From assembly GCA_964016885.1 (NCBI GenBank), contig OZ024741.1, positions 198,524,001-198,588,000 on the forward strand: DNA of 64,000 bases, given 5' to 3'. Below, piece after piece: positions 62,206 through 64,000 of the stretch (position 1 is its first letter; each line of letters begins with the position of its first letter). This DNA comes from Eledone cirrhosa (Eukaryota). The notes below the pieces were generated by a model. The model worked only from the letters and a program-made list of their open reading frames with translations, searched no databases and was not told the DNA's origin. Made by a program: the position numbers and the translations under genes.

Positions 62206-64000
62206 CTTGCTTTTCACCCTACCGAGGTTGATAAAATAAAAAGTACCAGTCAGGTACTGGGTTGATTCTTCCTCACTTCTATTCTCCCACTCTCTCTATC
62301 CTTCGCTATATTCAGACCGAAAGAGATGGGATCTGCCAGATTTTAAAAATGCTCTAGAAATGCCATAGATCAATGCAGTGCCCCCATGACTCCCTCAGAG
62401 GTTACATGCTTTGAAAATCATAACACATTCAATTGTGAGGTTGTGAGTTCAATTCCCAGATCAGACACTGCATTGAGTCCTTGATCAAGACACTGTTTTA
62501 TGTTGCTCTATTTCACTCAACTGGAAGAATATAGGTCTTCCACAAAAGCACTTTGCTTAAGCTTGTGCATAAAAGAGGAACTTTCTAAATGTAAATCAAT
62601 GGTCAGCTATGACCTAAGAGAGCCTCTTCCTTTTCTCACAACATAACTTCTCTAACTACATCACCAATACCTAGACAAACTACTATAACACTAATAAAAG
62701 TTCACATTTCTATTTAATTCAGTCAGGGATAAGACAACCTATAAATCAAAATAATTACACCAACAAAATACTGTAGTGTTGATCCTCTAAAAATTCTAAA
62801 GAGAATTTAAACACCCATATATATAAAAGGTTAATAACCTTTTCAATACCAACCTGCTTAAAACTGCCTCTTGTTCTATGGAACTAAACCATCTATTTAG
62901 AAGGTTCTTGTTTAAATTAAAATCATCCAACATAATTTTATATAAAAACATTTTTTTAATGTAAGAAATACCATCATAATTGAAATAATTTTAATAAATC
63001 CCTCCAAATTCTTTATATATTAATTCAAATAGTGTATTTAATTAGAATTATGGTGACGAAAGGGTTAAATCCAGTTTCTCAGTAATAACCATCAAAATAT
63101 CAAAATATCAAAATATACAAAATTTATATAAGAGACTAAATTGGATAAAGAAAATTGTCACATAGCACTCTAAACAAACACTGCAATGTAGTCCCAGTTC
63201 AGATCCAAAAATAACATTCTGTTTGTAAAACTGAATAACATATGTGCTTGCTAACATATATACACTATAGGTTTGCTTAAGCAAAATTTATGAGAACTAC
63301 TTGACAATAGTACAGCACTAAAAAGAAAGGAAGGAAAGAAGCTGATCATAAGATTGGACCTAGGAAACTCAGTTTTAATTATCTTTTCATTGTTAATAAT
63401 ATCTTTTTTTACACCCACTTATTTCTGAGAGGATCATGGAAGCAGAATTTTCAGAGGGTCCTATCAGAAGCAACTGTAACTGAATGATCCAGCTGAATCC
63501 TGAAATGAGACCAACTGAGGTTATGAACGTTATATCTGTTAGTCACTCCTGGTAGAAATACACTAATAACATCCCTACAAATGGCAAACGATGACGCTTC
63601 AGACTTGCAAACATTTTGATCAATCTTGCTTCTTTCTTAACAGTTTATCCTTTGAACTTATTTCAACTAAAGTAGAAGTCTCTTCTGGAGCATAGTATAT
63701 ATGCTCATATTGATTGCTATCTGCAAAATATGTAAAATCCAAGTATTTATGTTCTTGCAGGATTTCTTCTGTGTACCAATGATTTTTTTTACTCTCTAAC
63801 AGTTTTATACTGATAACAATGCTCCACCTGTATTTTTCTTGTCTTATGCTCTGTCTACTATACACATCAGCAGACCCCTAACAATCCACATGATACAATG
63901 GAGATTGACAATCTGCTAACATTTAACTCTTTTGATACCAGCCAACTCCAAAACAGCCCTGGTTCTATAAAACAAAAACCAGTCATTTTAAAGGGTTTCT

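Noticed and set aside
63620-63865. 81-aa ORF as a host exon
   Set aside because: It resembles a decayed LINE endonuclease remnant (..IYYAP..E..KDKLL) and has no convincing splice context.

Overview
Repeat-rich, AT-rich eukaryotic DNA, probably from an octopod cephalopod (inferred from the dominant Deu/Nin-type tRNA-SINE and the RTE LINE landscape). One host gene is supported: an ADF/cofilin on the minus strand with coding exons at 31499-31634, 27105-27234 and 18535-18697. These splice in frame to a 143-aa protein once an ATG-only first exon, not found in the window, is added. About 1.4 kb around coding exon 3 is duplicated almost perfectly in inverted orientation at 35152-36573, within presumed intron 1, so the pre-mRNA could base-pair with its own exon. 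The window opens with an intact-looking Penelope-like retroelement (RT plus GIY-YIG, Naiad-like) that has a minimal hammerhead ribozyme in its 3' UTR; a decayed relative lies at about 13.8-14.9 kb. The rest is decayed CR1, CRE and RTE LINEs, a mariner, non-autonomous Helitrons, TTAA MITEs, SINEs, microsatellites and several fold-back palindromes. Coordinates of decayed repeats are approximate (read by eye).
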